This document shows positions 34,658-45,470 of a stretch of DNA of 64,000 bases, piece after piece. Under the pieces are notes generated by a model. That model saw only the letters and a list, made by a program, of their open reading frames with translations. It did no database searches and was not told the origin of the DNA. Location: positions 32,001 through 96,000 of the IMG/VR virus record IMGVR_UViG_3300019888_000002; one strand, 5' to 3'. Numbering within the stretch: the first letter of the stretch is position 1; every line of letters begins with the position of its first letter. The position numbers and the translations under genes are program-made. Origin of the DNA: a virus.

Positions 34658-35581
34658 TCACGATTTCTCGTGCTTGTACTGCTTGATCTTCTGAAGAACG
34701 AACGCAACATCGTCCGAACCACTGACCAAATTGTCACGAAGCCATACCTGGAACCCGTCGAGCTGGTCGAAATGATCGGTTTCGAGCACCTCGTCCCAGG
34801 TGATATGCACAGCCGTGTCATCGGCTTCGATCCTGGCCCGGTCCATGTAGGAACCCTGCGGCCCCGACACCTGGAACATTCCGATCAACTGTTCGAGGTC
34901 GCCCACGACTCCGGGAGTCGGGATGCTCATGTGGTGTCGAAGAATGTGCTCGACGCCGGTCGTCACGTTGGTCATCGTTCTCCTGGATGGGTTGGTTGGC
35001 TCTCGTATCGTTTCTTGAGGCGGAGATAGTCGGCGTAGTCGGGATCGTCCTCACGATTGACGTACTTGCCCTTATTCCACACGCATTCGGCCCTGCCGGT
35101 GCCGTACAGCAGGTCGTGACTGCTGATCACGTAGACGCTGCCCGGTGTGCCCTGCGTACTGGAATGGCGCGCATCGGGCATGTAGTCGGGCCATTCGCCC
35201 CTCTCCGGAACGACATGCGCCTCGTAGACCCTCTCGCCACCCTTCCCCTCGGTGAGATCCTCGTTGCCGGTGATGAACACGATCCAGCTCATGAGCGGTA
35301 ACTACCGTTCATCCGGGCGTCGGCTCGTATGCGGTGCGCTGACGTAACTCCTCGGGCTGCTCCCAGGCGTACCAGGGTTCGCTACTGGAGGTCTTGTCGA
35401 TGGGTGGCCCTTCGGTCGGCCCGCCATAGGTGTCGAATCGGTCGGTGTGCTTCTGGCACAGCGCACCCCAACCTCCACGAGTGGCGTGGCGGCGGAAGCC
35501 GCACCACCACACCGAACACAGGACATAGCCATCGGTACTCATCTTCGGTGGCCGCATGATGCTGTTCGCCCGTACCTTCAT
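34658..35581 (-). other. Three short hypothetical genes (34658-34975, 34972-35292, 35309-35581)
   Basis: Coupled ORFs with SD sites. Confidence 0.6.
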
Positions 35582-35597
35582 CGAAAACTCTCCTTCT

Positions 35598-36104
35598 TCA
35601 TCGGTAGTCACCCTTCATCTCGAGGTTGCCTCCCTTGGCCTGGGCATCGACCCAGTGATCCCAGCCCGGCACGTGATAGGTGGGGATGCCGAACGACCTC
35701 CACAACTCCACGATGTGCGGGGCATCGTCCATGGCCGCCACGATCCGGAACCCGAGCTGCGTCACGAGATGGTCGTACATGTCGGTCTTGACCTCGGTGT
35801 CCGGACGGCCGTCGTCGTCGGCACGCATGATCGGCCCGTGATAAGGAACCGGCATGTGCTCGTTGAGCCAGGACACCGTGATCCCCCGGAACTTTTCCTT
35901 GCGGCCGGTGGCGACGATGACCACATGACCGTCGGCCACTGCACGCTCGCACCAATCCAGAGACTCCCGATGTGGAGGGCATCCCCTGGCCTCGAGGTGA
36001 AACAACTCGAAATCCTTGGGCTGGCTCAGCACATGATGACGAACACTGGAGACATCACAAAGGGCTCCGTCGAAATCGGCGATGACTGCCGTCTGTTCTG
36101 TCAT
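35598..36104 (-). CDS. HAD-family phosphatase, polynucleotide kinase 3'-phosphatase-like
   Basis: IADFDGALCDV (motif I), VATGR (II), DTEVK (III), AMDD (IV); T4 PNK phosphatase-domain pattern without a kinase domain. Confidence 0.8.
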   Translation of the reverse strand: MTEQTAVIADFDGALCDVSSVRHHVLSQPKDFELFHLEARGCPPHRESLDWCERAVADGHVVIVATGRKEKFRGITVSWLNEHMPVPYHGPIMRADDDGRPDTEVKTDMYDHLVTQLGFRIVAAMDDAPHIVELWRSFGIPTYHVPGWDHWVDAQAKGGNLEMKGDYR

Positions 36105-36254
36105 CAGGCAGGCTGTGGAGCCAGGCCGAAACCGAACCAGGCGACTACTTGCTGCCAGGGACTGGGGCTCGGCCGAAAACTCGGGATGAAATGCTGGACG
36201 GTGTAGTGATGACGACCTTTGCCGGTTCTACGATGCATTGGGGGTTCCTTCTGA

Positions 36255-36698
36255 CTAGTTGTGGGCGAGAAACTGGGGGCAGAGGTGGTTTGCGGCGATA
36301 CCGACGAACTTGTATGCCTGACCGAGAGAGATGCCCCCACCCGCAGCATGGCCACGGTCGCTGTTGGAGAACAGAGAATCGGCGGCCGAGCGCACGGAAA
36401 GGCCACCTTGCAGCATGTCGCACACGTCGGCGGCCGTCCCGTAGACACTGCCCCCGGGGCCGAAACCGATCCCGGCAGCGGACACCTCGAGTTCGAGAGA
36501 TTCCCGGGGGGTGAGGCTGGTGCTGTTGTTCAGGCCGAGCGAGTTGCCCCCGTTGGACTTCGGTCCGTCGGTGTGAGTGACGATGCTGAGCAGGACGACG
36601 ACGGCGATGACTCCGAGGATGATCACGAAAAGCTTGTTGTTGTTCATCTTCTTGCGGGGTCCGGCGACAAAGATCGGGGGAGCGTCGAAGTGCGACAT
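36255..36698 (-). CDS. DUF732-like membrane-anchored exported protein
   Basis: One TM, then VCDMLQGG...A..FVGIAANHLCPQF. Confidence 0.7.
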   Translation of the reverse strand: MSHFDAPPIFVAGPRKKMNNNKLFVIILGVIAVVVLLSIVTHTDGPKSNGGNSLGLNNSTSLTPRESLELEVSAAGIGFGPGGSVYGTAADVCDMLQGGLSVRSAADSLFSNSDRGHAAGGGISLGQAYKFVGIAANHLCPQFLAHN

Positions 36699-36778
36699 CG
36701 GGGGTTCCTTTCGGGGTGGGAGGCTCGGTGCCTCCTTCTACCGAAACTGTACCAGAGATGTACCTACAAACACAAGGG

Positions 36779-37330
36779 CTAGGCACATCTCGTCGGGTAG
36801 TGGCACAGCTCCCCGGTGGCATACGCCCTGCGGTAACACCTCGAGCACAGGCTGCGGCTGTGCTCGGCCACCGTGTTCGGGGCTTCACAGAGCTTGATCC
36901 GGCGTGGACGCAGCGCCACCCCGCAGCACCGGCAACCCCATTCCTCGGGTCCGGCCCGGTGGGTCGGCGGATGAAGACGCTTGGGTTCGCCGGAAGCCTT
37001 GCGCTGAGACGGCCGCACCTTGCGATAGACCCGGCGCAACGACTCGTTGTAGTCACCGGAGGCCAGCTTCCGTTTGAGCTGATATCGGGCCTCGGTCGTC
37101 TCGGACCGATTGCCGGAGGAGGTTTCCGGGAGAGCCACCCCGGCCGCCACCAGACCGGACCAGTTGTCGGCCAGTGCATACCCGGCGCAGCGCTCCCAGA
37201 TCGGGCACCCCTCACAAAGCCGATGAGCACGATCCCGGCGCTTACGCGGATCTCGAGGCAGATTGTCGGTCGTGAAGGCTTCAAGCCTGCCTCCACACAA
37301 AGAACCATCCCAAAATCCAGGGTCGAGCAT
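36779..37330 (-). CDS. whiB: WhiB-family transcription factor with extra C-terminal Zn-binding segment
   Basis: LC...AHRLCEGCPIWERCAGYAL...GLVAAG (WhiB Cys spacing); C-terminal CRCC...HSRSLCSRCY; SD AAGGAGG before ATG 37330. Confidence 0.75.
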   Translation of the reverse strand: MLDPGFWDGSLCGGRLEAFTTDNLPRDPRKRRDRAHRLCEGCPIWERCAGYALADNWSGLVAAGVALPETSSGNRSETTEARYQLKRKLASGDYNESLRRVYRKVRPSQRKASGEPKRLHPPTHRAGPEEWGCRCCGVALRPRRIKLCEAPNTVAEHSRSLCSRCYRRAYATGELCHYPTRCA

Positions 37331-37607
37331 CGCTGATTCCTCCTTTGTGGGGTCAGAGGTCATCGCTCAGACGCGGGCTGCTGCACGTCGAGTGGATGAG
37401 CTGTACAAGAACTGCCGGTGATTCCCACGGCAGACGTGATGGAACAACAGGTCGATCAGCCAATAATGCGCCAGATCGAGCCGATCCAGCAGGGTGGGTC
37501 GAGGGACGGCGAAGACCTCGTGCGCCCAGGTCTTGTAATCCACCACCGTCGAGGAGACAGAACCGGGAACCCGCTGGTATCCACCTGGCGAGTCCATACG
37601 GCGCTCC

Positions 37608-37886
37608 TCACGTCGTTGAAGAGTCCTTTCCCTCACTTATTCCCGGTGAAACTTGCCCAGAGTGAAGTGCCTGCTCGCTCTGCCATTTACACCAACCACG
37701 CACATTGACATATCCGTAGGCTGCGGCCGAAATGATGAACCCCCACTGAGTCGTGCTGACGGCATAGACCACCCACAGCACCTGCACCCCCACCCCGATC
37801 ATGAAGCCATACCAATGACGATTCGTGACCAGGTACAAACCAGATACGCCGATACCGGTGAGCACGAAACTCCAGAGTGGGTTCAC
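37608..37886 (-). CDS. Small membrane protein, PnuC-like (nicotinamide riboside transporter-like)
   Basis: 3 TM; G..L......W.G..IG...Q.LW..YA....QWGF.......Y..VN..G...W pattern. Confidence 0.45.
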   Translation of the reverse strand: MNPLWSFVLTGIGVSGLYLVTNRHWYGFMIGVGVQVLWVVYAVSTTQWGFIISAAAYGYVNVRGWCKWQSEQALHSGQVSPGISEGKDSSTT

Positions 37887-38049
37887 AGCTTCCCATTGAC
37901 GAGCCCGGGATCACAGGTGGCCAGGGTGGCATGGATCTGGGCCTGGGCCAGAAGCTGACGTATCGGTGTCTTGTCGTAATCCCGCTCGTACCAAGCGTTC
38001 ACCTCGGCAAGAAGCTTCTCGGCCGTCTCGTAATGCTGTTGTGGAGTGC

Positions 38050-38556
38050 TCACCACTCGACTCCTCTTTCCGCAGCGATATTGGACAGCACCCAGGTGGC
38101 GTGCCGGATTCCCTGGGCATAGCTCGAGGGATCGGAGGCCGGGTAGTTCTCCTCCAACAAGTCGAGCCGACGAAGCAGAGCCATCAGGGTGTCTCGCGTC
38201 TGTTTCTCCTGCTCCCGGGCAGAGAGCCGAGCCCTCGGAACGATCGGCCCCGTCTCGACCACCCACACGATGGCCTGCCGCCCACTACGCATGGGCCGAC
38301 GACGAGAGGTGTCTCGAACCAACCCGAGATCTCGCAGTTCGGACCGACGAGAACGCACGCTCTGCGGAGTTTGATACGGGGCATCGCTGCGGACATAGGC
38401 GGCGACCAATTCTTCGTCGGTCATCCCGTCGCTCGCGCGCAGGATCTCGAGTATCCGACGTTGCCGCTCCCGCAGCCCGGTGATCGAGGCCGCCGCCTCG
38501 TGCGAGGTCGAAGGATCGGTGGTCCGTGCGGTCGCCGTGGCACCGGACAACTCCAT
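38050..38556 (-). CDS. Winged-helix DNA-binding protein
   Basis: ARTTDPSTSHEAA...ILEIL...GMTDEEL...SVRSRRSELRDLGLV...SGRQAIVW. Confidence 0.7.
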   Translation of the reverse strand: MELSGATATARTTDPSTSHEAAASITGLRERQRRILEILRASDGMTDEELVAAYVRSDAPYQTPQSVRSRRSELRDLGLVRDTSRRRPMRSGRQAIVWVVETGPIVPRARLSAREQEKQTRDTLMALLRRLDLLEENYPASDPSSYAQGIRHATWVLSNIAAERGVEW

Positions 38557-39812
38557 CAGCCGACCCGCTTCAGTCGCATCGGGACACGGCCGGTGTGCGG
38601 CATCGGATCGAACTGTCCGGCGCAACACCGAAGACACGGCTCGACACCGTGCGCGACCGCGTCCCCGATCGTGGTCCAGATGTTCTCGTGCAGAGTGCGA
38701 AGCTTGTCGATCGCTTCGTCGGTGCCCCGCACATAGCCGGTGCACTCTTCGCTCAGGTGAAACCTGCGCCCGGTGCCGGTGTAGAAACACCGGGACTCGA
38801 GCAGGTCGATCACATGAACCGGTTTCATATCATGCCTTTCTTGGTGGGGGTTATGACAGTTCCGTCCTCGTTCAACGACACGACAGAGGCCGAGATCATG
38901 CGGCCGTCCTCGAGATGGACCCGGGCACGTTCACCGAGATAGTCGTCGTGATAACGCTCCACTCGGTCGATCATGTCCGGCGCGATACGACCGGTGGCAC
39001 TGATAAGCACGATCAACTCGGACACTCCTGCTCCTGTCGAGCCCACACCTGCTGCACGCTGTCCAGCTTCACCAGGTCGACCCTGTAGGTATCGCCCGCC
39101 TGATAATCGGCCGAATGCTTCCCGGTGCCCCGCATCCTGTGCTTCTCGCATCGTCGCTCCCCAGCGAACCCATGATTACGGCAATACGGGTCGGAGCCCT
39201 CTCGCTCACCGCAGGAACAGCAGTAACACGTGGTGCGCTCACACTCGACCCACGGTGTGGCCGTGACCGTCCGGCTGTTCTTCCAGCCGTACCAATCCTG
39301 GTACTCGGTCCAGGTCTGCACCCGGGTTTCCGGGTCGACGGTGACCGGCCCCTTGGAATAGGACTCGTAGATGCCCATCAGGCCCTCTTCAGCTCTTCGA
39401 GAGTCTTGATCTCGGTGGTCTTGCGGTCGATCCCCTCCTGGAGAAACGCGGTACGAGAAAGACTCAGCTCGGCATCGGCGACCGTGGGCTCGAAGAGGGC
39501 GTACGCCAGATGCTTGTAACGCGCAAACTCCGACGGCGGGTAAGAATCCCACTTGTCGTCGTGCAGTTCGGTCCCGTCGGCATCCTCCCCGAAAGAATCG
39601 TTCCGATCGAAGAGCCACTTCCCGTCACACTGGTACCGATATTGCAGCTCGGTCGTGAAATAGACCCGCTCGGGTCGAGGGGAGGATTCACCGAGCACCA
39701 TGACGAACTCCACGGTCACACTGGCGAATCCGGCCGAGAGCACCCGGGGAAGGTGGTACTCGATATCGGCGAAGGCGACCTCGGTTCTCTGAGGGCCAAG
39801 AATCTCGGTCAT
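38556..39812 (-). other. Four short hypothetical genes (38556-38828, 38825-39025, 39013-39378, 39378-39812)
   Basis: Coupled ORFs; motif promoter at 39840-39854. Confidence 0.6.
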
Positions 39813-39896
39813 CGGTGGGGGTTCCTTACGTTGTGGGTTGTACCCAGAGCGTACCGGAAACGAACTAAGATTTCATAGCGACACGCCGAGACCGAA

Positions 39897-40400
39897 TCAG
39901 ACGATCGGGTCTCCGTCACGACCCTCCAGCTCGTCGGACACGTACACGGCCAAGGCATAGCTCTGCCACACGTCGGAGCGGAAGCCGTGAAACCATCCCG
40001 GAGCGGCCTTGGTCCCCTTGCCGTGGTTGGGCTGCCCCGGAGCGAACCGATCCACCAGGGCCTGGGTGACGTTGGAGTCCTTGGCCTTGGCGCTGTGGCA
40101 GAAGTGCATCTTGACGGGGCGACGATAGACGAGCCGCGCGTCTCCCCTCACACACTCCAGGAACCGACCGACCCACACGCAGGTCTCGAACACGTCCTTG
40201 CCGACCGCCATGCCGTAGGACGCCACCATCTCGATGGCGTAATGGTCGGCTTTCACCTCACCCTGAACCATCTCGCGCAGGGTGTGGTTGTCGTGCTTCC
40301 CGAACTCCAACGGCTTTCGGGTCTCGGCGTCGATCAGCGTCCAGCCGCTCTCGGTGTTGCCTGGGTCTATGGCGAGGATCGTGGTCACTCGTTGCTCCAC
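39897..40400 (-). CDS. ruvC: RuvC-like Holliday junction resolvase
   Basis: ILAIDPG, YAIEMV, VKMHFC..AKAKD, DVWQSYALA. Confidence 0.8.
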   Translation of the reverse strand: MEQRVTTILAIDPGNTESGWTLIDAETRKPLEFGKHDNHTLREMVQGEVKADHYAIEMVASYGMAVGKDVFETCVWVGRFLECVRGDARLVYRRPVKMHFCHSAKAKDSNVTQALVDRFAPGQPNHGKGTKAAPGWFHGFRSDVWQSYALAVYVSDELEGRDGDPIV

Positions 40401-40403
40401 GGG

Positions 40404-41207
40404 TCACACGGCAATCGGCGCTCGGATGGCCTCGTGATGCTGGTAATCGAGAACGGCGACGTCTTCGAACCGATAATCAAAGATGCTGTTTCGCTTCGTG
40501 AGCTGGAGAGTGGGAAACGGGTACGGCTCCCGGGCGAGCTGCTCGGTCACCTGGTCGAAATGGTTGATGTAGATGTGACAGTCACCCCCGGACCAGATCA
40601 GATCGCCCACCTCGAGGTCGGTCTGCTGCGCCAGCATGTGCGTGAGTAGTGCATAACTGGCGATGTTGAACGGCACGCCGAGGAACATGTCGCAGCTGCG
40701 CTGATTGATCATCAGGTCGAGCTTGCCGTTACGCACATTGCACTGGAAGGCGTAGTGGCACGGGGCCAACGCCATCTCGGGGAGATCGGTGGGGTTCCAC
40801 GCCGTGACAAGATGCCGACGGCTCTCGGGGTTCGTGCGGAGGCCCTCGATGAGCACGGCGATCTGGTCGATCCCCTCCCAATCCGTGTCGTCCTGACCCC
40901 AATGACGCCACTGGAATCCGTACACCGGACCCAGCTCACCGTCTGGACTAGCCCACTCGTCCCAGATATGCACCCCGTTGTCGTTGAGATACCTGATATC
41001 CGTCAACCCGGACAGCAGCCAGATCAGCTCGTGAACGACGGCCTTGAACGCCACCTTCTTGGTGGTGATCAACGGAAATCCCTGGCTCAGGTCGTACCGC
41101 AGCTGCCGACCGAACACCCCGTAGGTGTCGACTCCGGTCCTGTTCGGCCGCAGCACCCCGTCGCACAGAATCTCGCGGAGCAGGTCCTCGTACTGATGTT
41201 CGGTCAC
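40404..41207 (-). CDS. thyA: Thymidylate synthase
   Basis: [62 protein letters not shown]. Confidence 0.97.
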   Translation of the reverse strand: MTEHQYEDLLREILCDGVLRPNRTGVDTYGVFGRQLRYDLSQGFPLITTKKVAFKAVVHELIWLLSGLTDIRYLNDNGVHIWDEWASPDGELGPVYGFQWRHWGQDDTDWEGIDQIAVLIEGLRTNPESRRHLVTAWNPTDLPEMALAPCHYAFQCNVRNGKLDLMINQRSCDMFLGVPFNIASYALLTHMLAQQTDLEVGDLIWSGGDCHIYINHFDQVTEQLAREPYPFPTLQLTKRNSIFDYRFEDVAVLDYQHHEAIRAPIAV

Positions 41208-43243
41208 TTCGTCTCCTTCGGAGGTAGTAATGCATCGATCTGAGCCATCCATTCGCCCGATGGAGCCCACCGTTCGCCCATGATGTCCTGAAGCTTGCGG
41301 GTGAGCTGATGTGCGTCCCAGTGCTTCGTGTTCTTCAGCAGCGGTAGGAACTCCTCCCGCAACCGAGCACGCTGATAGCTATCGGAATCGGCGTTGGCAG
41401 CGCCGACGAGCATCACGAACGCCATGTGCCCTGCGAGCAACTTGGGGTCGAGAGTCACCGCAGCCCCCTCATTGCATGAAGTTTGCCGCAGGCCACGTGC
41501 ACATAGAACCCGGAATCCAGCACTCGGCCGATCATGTCTCCGGAATCGATCTCCGTTCTGCATCGGACACAGGTGCCACCGAACTCGGCCTCGAAAGGAT
41601 GCCCGATCGTCCAGTCCGGCTCGGTGTCCAGCGTCAGGCCCCGGCAATCGGCGCAATACGCCTTGGTCATGCCGTGTTTGCACTCGTCGTCATCGGCAGG
41701 CATGGTAAGCCGCCCCTACTGGTACATATTCGCTGCATCCCTCACACACCCGATGGCCCGGACGAACACCGTTCAAGTACATCTCGTGAGTTCGAGCCAG
41801 ACTGCGAGCAGCCAGAATGCGCCCGAACGCCTGCTCCTTCTCCTCCGTGGTGGATGTCCACAGATCGAAGGACTTGTCAAGGTCCCCGGAAGCGATGAAA
41901 GGGTAAGCCCGGACCATTTCCTGCTTGTAGGCGGAATCGAAGTCGGCCGAATCGAAGTCGGCCGAATCGAAGTCAGCCGAATCGAAGTCAGCCACGCTGA
42001 TCCTCGACATACTCGGGATGCTGATTCTTCATGTGCCGGGTCACTTGGGCGAACGTGCGATGACAACAGGGGCAGATCCCGGCAGCAATACGTTTCCTCA
42101 CCTTGGTGAGCTGGCCCTTGGTGGCGGCATGAGAACGCCTCTGCGCCTCGATGGTGTTGTCCTTTTCGGCGATGATTCGATCCCGTGACTCCAGCGACCG
42201 GGACAACCGATCGGCGCGTTCACGTTCCTTCTGCGCCTGAGACTTCTCCTGATAGGACCCCACGTGACCGTTGGGACAGTAGATGTCCTGGTGATCCGCT
42301 CGACGCTTCTGCTCGTAATCGATCGGGAAAGCGTAGGCGATCCCACACTGCCAACAGGTCTCGACATGGAACGTCTCGATGCTGGTGAAGCTAGCCACGA
42401 CTCGACTCCTTTTCCTTGGTCTTCTGAGCCTCACGCTCGGCGTGATACCTGCTCAGCGGCATACGGGTCCAGATATCGGTGTCGATCTCGGAATCGACCA
42501 GGACGCTCCACGTGATTTCCAAGGTGTCCTCGTTGTCTCCGATCACATCCACCCCATAGGTGTAAACCCGGTGGGACCCGTTATCCAGGTAGTCCCCGTC
42601 GGCCGTGACCGGCATTCCCGGAAGCACCCTGCGTGGGCTCGGCTGATGACCGAAACTCCGAAGCTTCTCGTCGGCGGCGCGACCGTCGGCACTGCGTTTG
42701 TCCGGGACGATCTGCCCGGGACGGGGCTTGTTCCTGGTCTTCCTGCGCCATCCACGGGGGATGCCGTCAGCTCGGTTCGGCAATCCGAGACAGGACACAT
42801 AGGTGCTGTCGAGGAAACCGCTGAAATAAGCCATGCCTCCCTCTCCGCAGACCTCGACGGCCCAGGCGTGCACGGCGGCGATCCAATCGTTGGCAGCGGT
42901 GCGCGCCTCTCGATACGCCCGTACCAGCTCGGGATCGGAGGATCGATAGACCTCCATCGGGTTGTCGACCATGCGATCCTCTCGTGGGGTGTCCCCCGAT
43001 TGTACTGTCTCCGTACCAGTGATTACAAGGTCAACAGTAGTAGCACTTGGGAGTACTCTTGTCGTGCCGTACACGGCCGCAGTTGAAGCACGGGCTCGGA
43101 GGTGCCAGCGTGATCTCCAGACGTCCCGGCCACTTGTCGGAGTCACCGATACCGACGAGATCCTGACCGTTGCAGAACACCTCGCGGTCCATCCGATCGG
43201 GGCCACCGTCCTGACAGGCCCGGATCAATTCGGCCAGTGTCAT
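41204..43243 (-). other. Six short hypothetical genes (41204-41458, 41455-41703, 41690-42010, 41988-42398 Zn-ribbon/coiled coil, 42391-42972, 43031-43243)
   Basis: Coupled ORFs; motif promoter at 43002-43016. Confidence 0.6.
41934..41993. repeat. 15-bp tandem repeat x4 encoding (ADFDS)4
   Basis: gaatcgaagtc(g/a)gcc repeated four times. Confidence 0.9.
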
Positions 43244-43707
43244 CGGGCTTCGGCTTCCCTCGCTCGATACGCCTGCCTGAGAAATTCGGCATCCCGGCGT
43301 AACGGTGTGACGATCGATTCCTGATTGGGTCCGTTACGGTCCGAGTTCATCTCGTACCATTCGGCGGCGCGCTCGAGAACAGCCGCCTCCTCCAGCAGAC
43401 TCTCCGCACCGTCCATCCCGTACTCGAGATCCTGAGCGGCGATCAGATTGCGCTCCTCGATGGCCGTCCTCAGGTAGACACAGAGATCCAAGGACTCCTC
43501 ATAGGCATCCTGAAGCTGATCTCTCCCGTTGAACGGCTGAAGCAGGGAATTATATTTGTCGAGGCCGTACTGCTTGCGCTTGGTCTGGTCGGCGATCACC
43601 AGATCGTGCGCGGAGGGTCCCCCGTTGGAAATGGGCTCGGGCTGGACCTCGAGTCCGGCGTCGGCGAGCATCTTCTTCTCGGCCTCGGTGGGCAGGGTGT
43701 CACTCAA
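43240..43707 (-). CDS. All-alpha NTP pyrophosphohydrolase-like (MazG/dNTP diphosphohydrolase-like)
   Basis: R...G..KY...LQPFNGRDQLQDAYEESLDLCVYLR. Confidence 0.55.
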   Translation of the reverse strand: MSDTLPTEAEKKMLADAGLEVQPEPISNGGPSAHDLVIADQTKRKQYGLDKYNSLLQPFNGRDQLQDAYEESLDLCVYLRTAIEERNLIAAQDLEYGMDGAESLLEEAAVLERAAEWYEMNSDRNGPNQESIVTPLRRDAEFLRQAYRAREAEAR

Positions 43708-43845
43708 CGGACTTGCTCCTCTGTTCTTTGAGCTGTTTGACGAACTCCTCGACGGCCTTCATGTCCGTTGTGCTCGGTTTCCCGCGTCCCCGCAACCGCA
43801 CGGTGACACCGTCGACATGAACCGAGCACCACCCGATCTTGTCGA

Positions 43846-44643
43846 TCATGCGGGGCTCCCATACCGGGCATTGAGCAGCTCGGCCCCATATTCGTTCCAG
43901 GTGAGCGAGGACCCCGGGAAATGATGACCCGGGTCCATGTAGGCACCGTGCTCCGTCGGTGGCGTCTTGGTGTAGTTGTAGATGTCGACCACCGCTTGGC
44001 TGTACCGCAGCCAGAACGCCGGATTCCAGAACTGATAGAGAGCCTGCTTGTTGCGTTGCACCCTGATCTGCGCGCCGAGATTGCCGATCTCCCCGCCCTC
44101 GATCAACGAGAACGGCGAAATAGCGTCGGAAATACGTCGAACAGGGCTCAACGGGTCGGCATCGGTGATCATGTCGGCGGGGTTGGCCAGCTCGTAGACC
44201 GGAATATCAGCCGGACCGAGCACCCGCTCACCGTGTAACCCGAAATTGGTCTTGTTGCAGACATCACCGATGCTTTCTCCGGCGCGGCGACCGGGATTGG
44301 CGATGTTGAAAGCGAAACGGACATCCATGTCACCCCGAACCTGCGGACTGACCAGCTCGGTGAGTATCTGATCGACCACCAACGCACCCAACGAGTACCC
44401 CAGGAAGGCGATCGGCGTCCCGGCGTACTTCTGGGCCAGCGCCAGACCGTTGCTGGCACCGATTCGCACGGCCGTGTTGAGCGAAACACCCGAAGGCTGG
44501 ATTCCCCGACCGACTGGGCCGAGCGTTGCCGGGAAATCCACGTCCTCGACCGCGAAACTCGAGTTCAGACGGTCGGTGAAGTCCTTGAGCATCCCCTCGC
44601 CCAATACCTCGCCGGTACCTCTGAAGGCAAGAACCATAATCAT
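43846..44643 (-). CDS. lysB: Lysin B-like cutinase/esterase (alpha/beta hydrolase)
   Basis: AFRGTGE, DFPA, FLGYSLGA nucleophile elbow, IANP.R, D and C-terminal H (TEHGAY). Confidence 0.75.
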   Translation of the reverse strand: MIMVLAFRGTGEVLGEGMLKDFTDRLNSSFAVEDVDFPATLGPVGRGIQPSGVSLNTAVRIGASNGLALAQKYAGTPIAFLGYSLGALVVDQILTELVSPQVRGDMDVRFAFNIANPGRRAGESIGDVCNKTNFGLHGERVLGPADIPVYELANPADMITDADPLSPVRRISDAISPFSLIEGGEIGNLGAQIRVQRNKQALYQFWNPAFWLRYSQAVVDIYNYTKTPPTEHGAYMDPGHHFPGSSLTWNEYGAELLNARYGSPA

Positions 44644-44674
44644 CCGATCAACTCCCTGAGAGTGTGGCGGCGAC

Positions 44675-44923
44675 TCATGGTATGTCTCTCTTTCGAGTTA
44701 TTTCCTCGGTTTCGGTGATGGCACCGAGATGGTCGAGCACGATGAGCACATACGGAGGCTCATTGCGGGTCAATGCCTGTATTCGGCAATGTTGCTGGTC
44801 CGAGCACCCCTCACTGCTTCCGGCGACGATCTCACCGTGTGGGGTGGTGCGCTTCCAGCGCCAATTCTGTGCGGTGTCTCGGTGGACGAGCACCTCGGGA
44901 AGCTGTACCGGTGTCTCACCCAT
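44675..44923 (-). CDS. DUF1508/YegP-like protein
   Basis: RDTAQNWRWKR...HGEIVAGSSEG. Confidence 0.6.
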   Translation of the reverse strand: MGETPVQLPEVLVHRDTAQNWRWKRTTPHGEIVAGSSEGCSDQQHCRIQALTRNEPPYVLIVLDHLGAITETEEITRKRDIP

Positions 44924-45470
44924 GTTGCGGCCCCGTCCAGGGAAGTTTCAGCCCATCGTTCTCGGTCCGTGGGACTACGTGAATGTGAGTGTGATTCACG
45001 CTTTGACTGGCAGGCTCACCGATGCTGGTGATGATGTTGGCCGAATACCCCTGGTCCTGCACGTAGGAGGCAGCCACCCGAAACGCCTTCCCCGCCCAGC
45101 CCGGCCGGACGGCTGCCGAGGTGCTGTGCACCATCGGCACGAACAACATGTGCCCCGGTGTCACCGGATCGAGCGGGGTGAACCACACGACTCCGAGTTC
45201 CCGGTTGTACCCCTCGACCTTCTGTCTCCGCACGAGATCGCAGAACACACAGACCTCGGCCTCCGGGTCGTCCGGCACGGCCATGAACTCCCCGCACAGC
45301 GGAGCCCACTCGGCACCACCGGGGGTCCCGCACCAGGTCGAATAGAACGGTTCGTCGTTATCGTCCAACGACCCCCGGGGATGAGTCCAGAACCCTGTCG
45401 CCCCGACGATCTTGGGCTGTTCGGCCCACTCGACAGGCTCGAGACAGTTCTTACATAAATGGTCGGTCAT
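44916..45470 (-). CDS. HIT-family nucleotide hydrolase
   Basis: CVFC, DPVTPGHMLFVP, SQSVNHTHIHVVPR (HxHxH triad). Confidence 0.9.
   Translation of the reverse strand: MTDHLCKNCLEPVEWAEQPKIVGATGFWTHPRGSLDDNDEPFYSTWCGTPGGAEWAPLCGEFMAVPDDPEAEVCVFCDLVRRQKVEGYNRELGVVWFTPLDPVTPGHMLFVPMVHSTSAAVRPGWAGKAFRVAASYVQDQGYSANIITSIGEPASQSVNHTHIHVVPRTENDGLKLPWTGPQHG

Noticed and set aside
41934-41993. CRISPR-like or mini-array
   Set aside because: The repeats are contiguous with no spacers and in frame within a CDS, as are those at 18482-18597; no cas genes and no spacer-separated repeats were seen in the window.
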